Positions 1-11,569 of a stretch of DNA of 64,000 nt are shown piece after piece (the first letter of the stretch is position 1; the number at the start of each line of letters is the position of its first letter). Below the pieces are notes generated by a model that was given only the letters and a program-made list of their open reading frames with translations, did not search any database and had not been told where the DNA came from. The stretch covers positions 5,456,001 through 5,520,000 of the forward strand of contig OZ059897.1 in the NCBI GenBank assembly GCA_964057225.1, given 5' to 3'. The DNA is from Auanema rhodensis. Lineage: Eukaryota; Animalia; Nematoda. Both the position numbers and the translations under genes were made by a program.

Positions 1-22
1 ACAACATCCTCTTTTCTCAATC

Positions 23-454
23 ATGTCCTCATCGAAAATGTTTGATACCTGGTCTGCATCAACTAATTCCTATTCATGGTGGCCAGGTCAAATGCTGCCA
101 TCATGTCATTATCAGTGAGTTATCTTATACCTTTTACTGCTAATCATTTTTTCAATATTTATCAACAAAATTTTAATTTTTCCTTATCCAAAGTACAATT
201 AGTTGATATTAAACATGTTATGCAAAGCATAACAACAACCTATAAACGAACGATAAAATGCCTTGTATGCTTATCACTCAAAGATAACTATATAGTAGAT
301 AATTATAATGACGTCATATTTTAAAATCCATAGATTAACAATTGGGTGCATACATATATAAATGTATAAAGATTACAGGAATATGTGTGATTCATGCATT
401 TAATTGTCATCCTGATGATAATGAACTGATTATTATCATCTTATCTATAACAAC

Positions 455-503
<49 letters not shown>

Positions 504-710
504 AATAATGGTTTCTAACTTTATGAGACTTCTATAATATATTTTATGAATATCGTATAGTTTTCCTTATTTCAATAAATCTTATGTTACGTGCCATAAA
601 GGGAGAAGAGGGGCCTAACGGTACATGAGTCACTGCTTGATCTGTTCGTTGTCTTTTTTCTTTTCTCTTTTTTAGTTTACCATTATTATTCTTTTTTTCT
701 CTCACCTCCA

Positions 711-789
<79 letters not shown>

Positions 790-2584
790 TTCTCTCTCTT
801 TAGTCTCTAGATCTTGAGTCTCTAGATCTTGAGTACTTTTTTCTCTTTTCTGCATTAGTTTTCTCCATCAAACTTTTCTTCTACATAATCTTTTCTTTGT
901 TTGTATGTTTATATGCATTTTTATTTACTTGATGGATCATGCACATAACACCTCAAGAACCTAGAGATCTAAGTACGACTATAGCCAGATTAGCTTTGAT
1001 CTTCATGCGCCTTAGAAATCATTATACTTTTTATGTAGGCCGAACGATCATTCTTGATTACACGTGCTTTCTTTTTCTCTCGGTCTCCTGTTTTTCATAT
1101 GTTTCTACATTCATTTACCTGTCTATTTTCAAAGCGTTCTTGCTGCTTCAGAACTCAGTTTCGTCATTCCCTATCTCTACTTCTATTTTCTTTGCTCTCT
1201 CTCAAACATACAGTCTCAAACTGTTTTCCTATCTGTACAGTTTCTCTGCCCAGTAATCACATCTCTTACGTTCTCTAATCTTGTTCTTTTTCTTTTTCTC
1301 TCTCTTTCTCTCTCTCCCCATCCATCCTACGGGCAGCGATGAGTCATCAACAGCAAAACATTTCCCTCCCCTTTAACATCCTTCTTTTCAACTCCTTCTT
1401 CTCTTTTTCTCTGTTTCTATATCTATCTGGTATTCCACCATTTTCTGCTTCAGTGTCTTCCAATTTTTCATTCTTAGCGGCTTTACCTTCAAAATTATTA
1501 TTAGGCATTATTTCTGATTATTCTTCATAGGTTTCATAACCATCTACGGATTTAATTCTATTCTCGTCTTAACTTTCTTTCGTTGATTCGTCCATCATGT
1601 ATGACATACACCCTTACCCCAATGAATGGTAAGTTAAATTAAATGTTTACCTATAAGTTGTATCTGAGGTTTTCCTTCAACTTATCTACTAGTAAAAACA
1701 ACATTTATGCATTGAAAGCTTTATATTATAATCATATGAAATCAATTTTATAAAGACAAAGTTTCTATTTATCTTTTGGTAGTTTTGTTTTGTTTTTACA
1801 AAAATATTCAATTGAAACTATGACAAATACCATTATTCGTTAAAGAAAATTTTATATATTTCAAAAAAAATATAATATGTTTGAAATGAACAAATTTCGT
1901 AATTCCTTGTATCTTCTGTTAGCGAATAGACGACGATGACGTCATCTTTATGTACGACGATGTATTGTATGGTATCGAAAACGATGTCATGTGTTATAGC
2001 TTACTTAATTGGTCATCGTAAAAGCTAAAAAACGACATAAAACCCATAGAAAAGTGAAATTTTGAATTGAATATTAAAAGAAATTCTAAAATGAATAACA
2101 TTAAAAATTATACATTTGATTGGTTTAGGATGACAGTTGATGAACAAGAACAGAAAAAGCTTGAACGGAAACGAGCCAGAAATCGAGCAGCAGCTTCCAA
2201 GTGCCGTCAGAAGAAGATGGATAAAATAGCTGAACTAGAAAACCAGGTAAATTTAATAATTTTGAATGATTTTATTGACACAAGCTCAATGCAATTGCTT
2301 GGATTCATTGATAAAGAACTATAGAAGAAATTGTTTTTCCATTATATCAGAAAATGTAAAAATTGAGAATTGAAGATTGGACGACAGATACGGTTTCTGT
2401 CTATTACCTCCCCTTTAAAATAAATCCATACAATATTCAAAGTATGATGATATAGTTTTGATATTTCCAGGTTAATACTGAAAAGCAACGCGGACAAAAC
2501 CTCGATATGGAATTGCAACGGTTACGGCAGACACTTGCTCAACTGGAACAACTAATGGAGAGTCAACGTCTTTGTCGAACATAA
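23..2584 (+). CDS. jun-1: Jun-family bZIP transcription factor. Shared exons 2129-2246 and 2471-2584; candidate alternative 5' coding exons 23-114 and 1597-1628
   Basis: Basic region KKLERKRARNRAAASKCRQKKMDKIAELENQV continues after splicing into the zipper VNTEKQRGQNLDMELQRLRQTLAQLEQLM. Both upstream exons end in phase 2 at GTGAGT or GTAAGT and fit the acceptor at 2128/2129. The gene may extend upstream of the window. Confidence 0.88.
459..500. repeat. (TA)n microsatellite
   Basis: Uninterrupted TA run. Confidence 0.95.
713..798. repeat. (TC)n microsatellite
   Basis: Long TC run. It generates the spurious ER-repeat ORF 544..855. Confidence 0.95.
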
Positions 2585-4162
2585 GCTATTCTCTATGCCA
2601 GCATGGCTTTCTAACTTGTTATCGTCTGCACACGGTTGCAAACTAATATTAACTATTTAATTCCATAGCCAGATACAGAAGTTCAGTTACAGTCTGAAAC
2701 AGTTAGAATATTGCAACCTTATTTCGTCCAGGTGCAACCTTCCATAACGATCTCAATCTTTCGACAGTTTTCCTTATTTGCGTGAAAATTTTACAATTTC
2801 GTTATTATACCTGCAATTATTATAAGAATATATTGCATCATATTCAACCTCTAATTCATATTTTTCTTAATTTTGTTTTACATTATCATTTTATCGTCAT
2901 CATCATCATTATTATCATCATCATCATCAACATTATCATCATCATTATCAACAGAAACATCATCATTTTTACTTTTGACCTTTTTTTTTGAACTTTTCAA
3001 TGGAAATTTTTGTTTCACATTGCTCAGGGTATGGGCGTTTCATATCTGACTGGCTCTATTCAGCGCAACATTTTTTGCTAACAGTTAGAAACCTAGTTTG
3101 ACTTCCATCATTTCTATCATATTCTAGGATTACTTCTTCAATTTTATTTTATGAAAAAAACAATAACGGCCTGGGAAAGTTCAATGAAAACGCTTTTCAG
3201 CTTACAAAATCAATGCGATCCTTCTTTCATCCTACCTGAAAGTTGATATAGAAGTTTGTAACTTTTAAAATTCAATATTCTGCTTTTACATTTTCTGAAA
3301 TTTGGTTTCAAACGTTTGCTCCTACTTTCCGCATTACTTTACTGTTTTCCGAAGAATACTTTATTCTATTTCGTGTATATTGTTTCTTTTGTAATAGTTA
3401 AAAGATTATCAATTCTAGTTTGAATACAAACATTTTTTTTCATGATTTGTTCAGGTTTATTAAATATAAATATACTATGACTGTTATATTTACGAATAAA
3501 TTAACAAGAAATATAATAATAATCATAATTTCAACAAAGTTAGTTTCTAAACACTTGTATTATGAATTATAAATTAATTATTAGTTAACAAACAAACAAA
3601 CTAAACAAAAGGTATAATATCATATCAATTAACTATTATATACAAGAATATATTGATATTGAATATAATAATACAACATAACTACAAAATTTCAGGAAAT
3701 CTTAGATTTTATAGTGATTGTAATTAAGATTTTCTCATTTATGTAAAGAGTAATTTTAAAGTTATAATTGGAATATTTATGTGGAACGACATGATAACGA
3801 TAAAAATTTGAAAAATGTAAATGTTCTTTAATAAAACATTGCTATATACTGAAACTATACTAATTATACTTCATAATTATAAGAAAAATAGATATGAAAG
3901 TATATCAGCTTGTAAATCAGTTGTTCTAAATTTGTTTCATGATCTTCAAAAACTGAAAAATAATGTCTTTATGAATTATATTTTCTGTTTGTGTAATGAA
4001 AAGCGCAAGTCATCTGTCGTCTGGACTGCGCTAGACAACTTCGCAAGAAACAGCTCTAGCGGTCAATTTTTGGCAGTCAAAATACAAGACATGTCATTTA
4101 AATCCGGTTAATTTAGAAGCGGAAACAAGCTATTTGACAGCCCGATATCAGTAGATCCGGGC

Positions 4163-4170
4163 TATATAAG
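4163..4170 (+). promoter_or_regulatory. TATA box of the Cys-rich precursor gene
   Basis: TATATAAG about 55 nt upstream of ATG 4225, in a locally GC-richer context. Confidence 0.55.
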
Positions 4171-4224
4171 CGTGCTCAAACTGCACAAAATATCAACTTC
4201 GTCTATCTTACAGTTCTATTAAAC

Positions 4225-4959
4225 ATGATTCGAGCATCTACTCTTGTCTGCACTTGTGCATCATTCCTATTATTGGCTTTGGTTCAAGCTGGCCCACTAC
4301 CTGTATCAGATAATATTCCAACAGCTATAGATACTTTAGGAGAATCAAGCATTAGGTATATCCTATTCAAAGACTTCGGAGCAATTCAATCTTTTACAGA
4401 GTTAAGAGACAGGGAGGAGGATGTGGTTGTTGCTGTGGATGTGGAGGAGGTGGAGGAGGAGGATGTGGATGTGGCTGCTGTTGCTGTCGTCCTAGGTTTG
4501 ACTCATTGCGTGCATAGTAATATGCAAATACCCAATGTTTTTTATTCAGATGTTGCTGCCGTCGTTGCTGCACCTGTTGCACTACACGTTGTTGTACATG
4601 CTGTCGAACATGCTGCCGTCCATGCTGCGGTACACATAAAATTAATTATGTTAATCTATAATTTTCTAATATTTGAAGGATGTGGTTGCGGTTGTGGATG
4701 CGGAGGAGGAATGGGACGCAAGAGAAGATCACTCCAAAATCTCCGTATCAAGTTAGCTGATAAGAAGCAAAATACTTCCGTCATCTCAGCCGATCAATCT
4801 ACTGAAAACCACACAGAAGAACAAAAACAAATTGTAAACTTTTTTAGAAATTTCAACTTAAATATTATTTCTATATAGGAGAAAAGAAGTGTTGTTCAAA
4901 CTTCTGTTGGAGCTGTTGTTGATGTTCCAGAATGGCCAAACGCTTACGGATATTACTAA
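4225..4959 (+). CDS. Secreted Cys/Gly-rich precursor protein (nematode cysteine-rich family). Exons 4225-4355, 4400-4495, 4550-4629, 4679-4833, 4879-4959
   Basis: Signal peptide MIRASTLVCTCASFLLLALVQA. The spliced frame gives RVKR-QGGGCGCCCGCGGGGGGGCGCGCCCCRPRCCCRRCCTCCTTRCCTCCRTCCRPCCGCGCGCGCGGGMG-RKRR. All introns are GT-AG with consistent phase. Confidence 0.85.
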
Positions 4960-5300
4960 CTTTTGAAAATGGGTCATCAATATAATAATAATATTATTAT
5001 AATATTAAATATAATTTGATAGGCTTTTAATATGTAAACTACTATTTAACTATGATTTAATAAATTTTTAATAATAATTACCATTTATATATTTATATAA
5101 ATTATTTAAGTTAAAATAATATAAGCATATTATATCAGAATTATAAAAAAATTTCTGAATACAAAAATATCAATTAATAAAAATATTTTACCTAAAATTC
5201 AGTTAAAAATGAAAAATTTTCAATTTCATTTCATTTTTCATTTTATGCGAACTCGGCTGCATATAAGTCAAGTTCACGTAAAACCCACGTATCGGCCGGA

Positions 5301-5310
5301 GTATAAATAG
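5301..5310 (+). promoter_or_regulatory. TATA box of the S/R/K-rich gene
   Basis: GTATAAATAG about 50 nt upstream of ATG 5357. Confidence 0.55.
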
Positions 5311-5356
5311 TAGGCAAATCGTCATTTTTGTCATTTTTGTCGTTTACTGCCTGACA

Positions 5357-7094
5357 ATGGACAGTAAAGCATCTACTAGAAGAGTATCTATTTCTACTCC
5401 AAAAAGAAGCAGAAGCCGTTCAAGTTCTCGAAAGGCCACCGGTTCTGTAGCTAAAATGTAAGAATATTTTAATGAATCTTCAATACTTATTCAGATGTCA
5501 ATGCTATTTAATTTTAAAGTAATAACTTATTGTATTTAAGGGGAAGATTAAGTCGCAGCCGATCTTCATCTGTTAAGCGCACCACGAACAATAAGTTAGT
5601 CATATGCTCGAATATAATCTCATAAATATGTTTCAGAACTAACAAACTACGTTCGAGAAGTCGCACACGTTCAGCTAGCCGAAGTTCCTCTAGATCGTGA
5701 GAACCTTTTATAAGTCTTTTACTTATTCAATTTTGATTTAGAGTAAGAACAGCTCGCAGCATTTCAAGATCCCTGAGCCGTACAGCAAACAGAAGATCCC
5801 GCAGCCACTCTGGTGGCAGAAGATCCCGATCACGTTCTGTTGCAAGGTAATTCAATTTTATGCTTATACGAATTTTGAATGTCAAATTTTAGTGTTAAAA
5901 GAGTTGAAGCACCTATGAATACTTCCATGACACAACGATCAAGATCTGCCAGCCGCAAACAACGCTCTGTTACACGCAAGAGTCGTTCTTCTTCTCGTCA
6001 AAGTCGTTCTGTTTCGCGAGGATCAACATCACACAAGAAGTCCGCCAATGTACGGCCCCAACGCCGCTCCACATCTAAGCGACGAAGCGCATCTGTCAAG
6101 AAATTAACTCCTCGCCGATCCGTTTCAAGAAAACCAAGATCAACATCGCGTAAGCCACCAACTGTTAAAAATTCTTTGAAGAAAAGCACAAGTCGCTCAA
6201 CTTCACGCAAGAACCGATCTGCATCACGCAAGAACCGTTCCACATCTCGCAAGAGCCGCTCCATTTCACGCAAGAGTCGCTCAACATCACGCAAGAGCCG
6301 TTCCACATCACGCAAGAGCGGATCTGTCTCTCGCAAGAGTAGATCTAGTTCACGCAAAAGTCGTTCTACATCAAGAAAGAGCCGCTCTGTCTCTCGCAAG
6401 AGTAGATCAACTTCACGCAAAGCCCGTTCAACTTCTCGCAAGGCCCGTTCAACTTCTCGCAAGGCCCGTTCAACTTCTCGCAAGGCCCGTTCAACTTCTC
6501 GCAAGGCCCGTTCAACTTCTCGCAAGGCCCGTTCAACTTCTCGCAAAGCCCGTTCAACTTCTCGCAAGGCCCGTTCAACTTCTCGCAAGGCTCGTTCAGC
6601 TTCTCGCAAGAGTAGATCTGCCTCCAACAAGAGTAGATCTGCCTCTCGCAAGGGTCGTTCAGCTTCACGCAAGAACCGCTCCGTCTCTCGCAAGAGTAGA
6701 TCTACTTCACGCAAGGCTCGTTCAACTTCTCGCAAGAGTCGTTCACGATCAAGCAGAAGTCGGTCACTCAAGCGCACAAATACCATCGTCCAAAAAAAGA
6801 CTCCGAGAACAAGCCGATCCATTTCAAAAACACCTGCTAAGAAATCAATGAGCAAGACTCCCAAAAAATCTGCACTGAAATCGTAAGAATTTAAATATTT
6901 ATAAAATTAGCATTACATGTTTTTTAAGTTCAACAGCTCGATCCCGCAGCCGCAGTTCTCGCTCAGTATCAAGTGTGCGTAGCCGTTCCACCTCCAGAAC
7001 ATCACGTTCAAAATCTGGATCCCGTTCAAACACCGTCTCTGAATCCAAGAAAACCCTAAGCGGTATGAAATTGCGACCCCGCCGTCAAGCATAA
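5357..7094 (+). CDS. 491-aa extremely basic Ser/Arg/Lys/Thr-rich protein, protamine-like / sperm-chromatin (SPCH-like) candidate. Exons 5357-5457, 5541-5594, 5637-5696, 5742-5846, 5893-6882, 6929-7094
   Basis: Six exons total 1476 nt in one open frame from MDSKASTRRVS to GMKLRPRRQA*. All introns are phase 2. Almost no acidic or aromatic residues. The function is inferred from composition only. Confidence 0.75.
6197..6742 (+). repeat. Coding minisatellite, 26 x 21 nt (TCAACTTCTCGCAAGGCCCGT-like), encoding the heptad S-x-S-R-K-x-R
   Basis: Units counted directly; nine near-identical STSRKAR units at 6407-6595. Confidence 0.95.
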
Positions 7095-7612
7095 TTTGTA
7101 CTAAACTACTAAAAACTACTGAATAAATACTTGCTTGTAACACTCTTTTTTTTGTATTTGCCAAATTTGAAACGAAAAGTTTTATAATTTGTAGTTTAAT
7201 GAAAGACCAGCCATGAACCCATATACGGTACGAAGATTGAACCTTCTATCAACTCCGTGAAATAAGTGCTATATATATTTTCATAACCCTTGGGGTTATA
7301 ACGAATTTTTGGAAGGCTTGCCCGGGGATAACCAGGTGAGCTATTACTGATATGTAGTGTGGTTATGTTATAATGACTGCAAAAGAGAATAGTTGGACTT
7401 TAAAAAAATCTTTTAAGGACAATGACTACGTATATCAACAAGAAGTTATGTATAAAATTTATTTCGCCTATTGTCAATATCACAGAAATGAATATCACTT
7501 GTTAAATTATGATTTGGGAGATATGATGCACCGGAAATTTAAATCTCAATATACAAATTAGGTGTGAATATGTTACACATGGAAATAAACTATGTACATA
7601 TATATATAATAT

Positions 7613-10510
7613 TTAGGAATATCCTTGTCCCTGAAATTTTAAAGAAGTGATTGTAAAAAGAATAATCAATTTACCTTAAGATGTGTTAAATAGACATTTC
7701 TCTTAGTCTCTATCATTTTCTGCGGGAAAGGATTTAAATCATTGAAGGCTATCTTTAATTATTAACTTTCTTTAGATGTAAAAACGCAAAAATACCTGAG
7801 ATAAACTCTTGAAATCACTGATATGCTCAGAAGCACGACTGAGACAAGCATGTACCGTTCCAATTGTCTTGCAGTTGAGTACAGCAACTTCACACTGTTT
7901 TAAAACAGCGAGAGCAAATCGAAATAGTACCTACAACATTACATGCATTTTTGTTTTAATTTTATGAGTCTCTCACTTTGTTTCCTTCGTAGAGGAAAAT
8001 ATCAAAGATACTAAGGTAAATGGAATGGGGCAACACATCAACAAAGCATGTTAAGAACCAACTCAAAGTAAAGAGAGATAAATCGACCTACAATTAACTC
8101 TTATATAAAGTCATTACACGTTCGAGCCCACCTCTAAGTTTTTTAAATGAACAGCTAGTTTCGGTAGTTTTTCTGCAACTAAATCTCGCAGAACCTTTTG
8201 GTCAGCAACTGCTCCTATTAATGTGCTTGTATAATAACCTTCAGGCTGCAAATGCTCTACACAAGAAACCATGAACCAGAAAGCATCCTCTTCATCCAAA
8301 TACAAAAGTGCTATAGCTGCAAGTCGATTAAGACCCTGAATAAGCATCCAGTTTGTGAATTTCTTGTCATATACTTACTTGACAATACCCAACTTCTTTG
8401 TTATGGTATCGAAAAGCGTAGAGAACTCTTCTAAGCATTTCAATTTTACTGGAATCAGAGTCATCAAAATGTTTATTATTAGGTAGTGTTCGAGCAAGAT
8501 CGAGATCAATCTGTAACAAAAAAATGTAAGAATAGAGAAACAAAAAATTTAAAACCTGCTTAATAGCACTATCAAAAACTCCTTCTTCTTTTTTCGCTTT
8601 AGCCTTTCTAAGCATACATTGAAAATAGCCATTTCCTAACTCTGCTATTTTATCCTTAACAGAGAAGAATACCAAACTAAATAGGTTGACCAGATCAGTT
8701 AAGAAGCTACTATGAATCAATAACCTTTTCCACACTCTTCCACGGTATGCAGCCGGTACACCACTTCTTACCAATGATTTAAGTTCAGGGCTGGCTGAGA
8801 GCGATCTGCCAACCCAATTGACCAGCAAACTGTCCCATGATTGCAACCAAGCCATATAAGATTCACTCTGTTCCTAGAATAGATTAACGTATTTTAGGAT
8901 ACCTCCATAGATGTTACCAGACTAGTGGCCTCTACTATGCTATTAGATTTTTCCATATATTTGGCGGCAATATCTAACAAATCAGAAGACGTATTACCCT
9001 TGGTTTGCTATAAAAAACTATTCGTTACATAATAAAGCATGTTATTTACAGGTGATGAAATTTCTTTTCCATTAAGGTAAAATCCGAGAGTATCGGTCTC
9101 ACTGTTCAAAGTATCTTTCGGAGTTCTATTTGCCTCATCTAAGAGTTCCCTAAGAACTCCTGGCTCCATAACTAAACAAACTTATTATTATTATTTAAAC
9201 TTCCTAAGCCATACTTTTTCCTGGTTTTTCTGGAGACTTAAAATGGTTAAGAACCATTAAGTATCTACTTTTAAGTTGGTAGTAACAAGCTTCGATATCA
9301 AAGTTTTTTCTAATTAGGGTACGTTCTCGACTTTCAAGCGATTGTATAATAGCATGTAATTCTGAAAATTGAACTAATTCTGTAGAAAAAGGTGAACGCA
9401 CCAATTATTTCTTGGTTCAAGAAACAGTTTTGAGACTTATAACCTTCTACGAGATCCTTTAGTTCGTTTATATCATGAACACCTGCATCGTCAAACACCT
9501 ATTAAAAGATTATTTGTACTATAAAAAACAGAACAATTACTTTTTGGGCAGCCTCATCACACATTGCAGAATTCACATCAATAAGTATTCCTTCAGGAAC
9601 CTCCACTAAAAAGAGTTAATCATATAAATGATTGGAGAAAGACAAGGTATACCATCTCCAATCACGGCTGCTTCGCCTCCAACACTATCGGATTTTTCTT
9701 CGCATAATCGCATTATGAGCTCTTCCTGGAGAAAAACATAACTACGACAGAACGAGTCAACTTACTTTTGTTCGGACTGAGTCTCGGAATGCTTCTACAG
9801 ATGTTGTTAAATACGCAACTTTAGATTCAAGATCGCGATTTTCAGTTTCGAGAAACTGAACTTGTCTATGCAATGAATTGTTTTCCATTTGAAGATCTGT
9901 CATAATTTTTTCCTTTTGAAGAAGAAAATCTTTAACATCGTTATCTCCAGGCATCTCATCTAATTGTCTCCTATAATTACAATCGCTACTGGCTACGAAA
10001 TGCAAATATAAGCTAACAATGTTTCAACTTGCTTCTGAGCTGTAACTAATCCACTCTTCAGAGCTTTTATGATATCTTCAAGGAGAACTACATGATCTTC
10101 CAGTTCTCTACAGCGTTCCTCGGACTCATTCACACTATCAGAGCGCTGAAAATAAAATTATAAACACAAACGCTCATTAAAAATGTTCTCACTGATTTGC
10201 ATTCATCGCAACTTTTTCTCATTTTAAAGCTCTTGCGAGCTATATCAATAGCACGTTTAGGTACTTCAGCTAAGCTTTCATTAGTTCTATCAGCAATGCG
10301 TTGTAATACTGTTTCTGGGCTAGTTATAGTCTAAAATAATAAACTTATGAACAGTTAGAAAATTGATAAAGACTACTTTAGGCATTTCCATGCTGTTCTC
10401 GTTTAGCTGTCCATCAGGGCTTAAGTAGAATGTAGAATAGGAACCTGATGGACTAGATGTCGCATCAGCCTGTTGAAAGTTGTCAATCTGTAAGTGTTTA
10501 TATTTTATTA

Positions 10511-10541
<31 letters not shown>

Positions 10542-11388
10542 TAAAGTTGGGCATGACTCCAAAGTCGAATATAGACTTTCGACAAGAGTCTAAAGTCGAC
10601 TCAGTCAAAAATCGTATATTTTTTTTGCTTTTTTCATACTTATTCGAAAATTTTGGAATTTTGCCCAACTTTAATATGTGTGTATTACATCAAGCGGTGC
10701 AGATTCGGAACTAGATTCAAAACTTGTAGATTGGTAAGGTCCCAAGAAATTGTTAATTAAGAAATCCGCAGATCTTGATGTAAGTGGTGAATTAACTGGG
10801 TTTATATCAATAGCTGAAGATGGTGAAGACAATGAACTTATTTCCTAAAACAAAAGAATTTGTTTGCAAAAAGCCACAGATAGGCATTACAATTTTCTCT
10901 TCGGCTACGGTACTGTGCTTTCGACTTCGTTTTCTTGAATCTTGAAGCGCTCGAATCCATTCATCACGTAATTTATCAGAGGACGCTTCAAGTACATGAA
11001 TTGTATTACCAGCACTGGAGAAATAAAAATTAAATGTGCGATCTATGGTAGATAACCTACTGAATTTCAAATCGTCCTTTTTCCTGAGGATTATAAGTGA
11101 AAGCGGAACCGGTGAGACAAAGTCGTCCTACCGCTGTCACATCATCTCGCTCCTAATTTGAAACAATCAAAAAATAGAAAAAATATTAGAGAACCTTAAA
11201 CCAATACAAGTAGGGAGATACATCGGTTAAGGCAAACCAATATCTTCTTCTGGATATTAATCCAATCGCTCGAGTTTCAACCTGAATAATATTGATGATA
11301 AGTATGACCACTGAATTGAAATTACTCGATGTAAATATCCTGTCATACATGGCCGACTCACTGATAACCGCGGCGAAGTTTCGCTCAT
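7613..11388 (-). CDS. tbc-2: PH domain + coiled-coil + TBC Rab-GAP (TBC1D2-like), multi-exon
   Basis: PH-like N-terminus (GYLHR...HVLEASSDKLRDEWIRALQ). TBC motifs LVRSGVPAAYRGRVW, QIDLDLARTLP, GYCQGLNRLAA and EEDAFW. A TTTTCTAG acceptor precedes ATG 11388. Confidence 0.9.
10542..10673. mobile_element. 132-bp hAT-type MITE in a tbc-2 intron
   Basis: Perfect TIRs TAAAGTTGGGCA (10542-10553) and TGCCCAACTTTA (10662-10673). The 8-bp flanks ATATATGT and ATATGTGT match at 7 of 8 positions, consistent with a TSD. Confidence 0.75.
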
Positions 11389-11569
11389 GCGTCTAGAAAA
11401 AGTTTTCAAGAGAAATTCAATTAAAATCCAGTAAAAATCGATAATCACAAGAAGACAACAAAAATAGTATGAAAGAAAAATTTTAAACGGTAATAAAACT
11501 GAGATCAAAACGAGTCATTATTATTATTTTAAAATTAGCCAATCTCTATAGCTTTACAGGGATTATTTT

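Larger units (their letters stand above)
309..1944. promoter_or_regulatory. Cluster of perfect AP-1 and CRE sites within the jun-1 locus
   Basis: TGACGTCA at 309-316 and 1937-1944; TGAGTCA at 626-632 and 1340-1346. Confidence 0.5.

Noticed and set aside
544-855. ER-repeat ORF
   Set aside because: Translation of the (TC)n microsatellite.
4225-4878. Unspliced 217-aa ORF with a Val/Ala/Glu-rich middle
   Set aside because: It reads through four canonical introns. The spliced Cys-rich frame with flanking dibasic sites is far more coherent.
6197-6742. Regular repeats as a CRISPR-like array
   Set aside because: Head-to-tail units with no unique spacers, inside a spliced eukaryotic exon.
5998-6864. 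288-aa antisense ORF (LREVERA repeats) and 100-aa ORF 6366..6668 (CEKLNGP repeats)
   Set aside because: These are shadow frames of the stop-free 21-nt coding repeat. The plus frame has a TATA box, in-phase splicing and third-position synonymous variation.
7283-7300. CATAACCCTTGGGGTTAT, resembling the start of the T7 terminator (vector contamination?)
   Set aside because: Only a short palindrome. The rest of the terminator and any vector context are absent.
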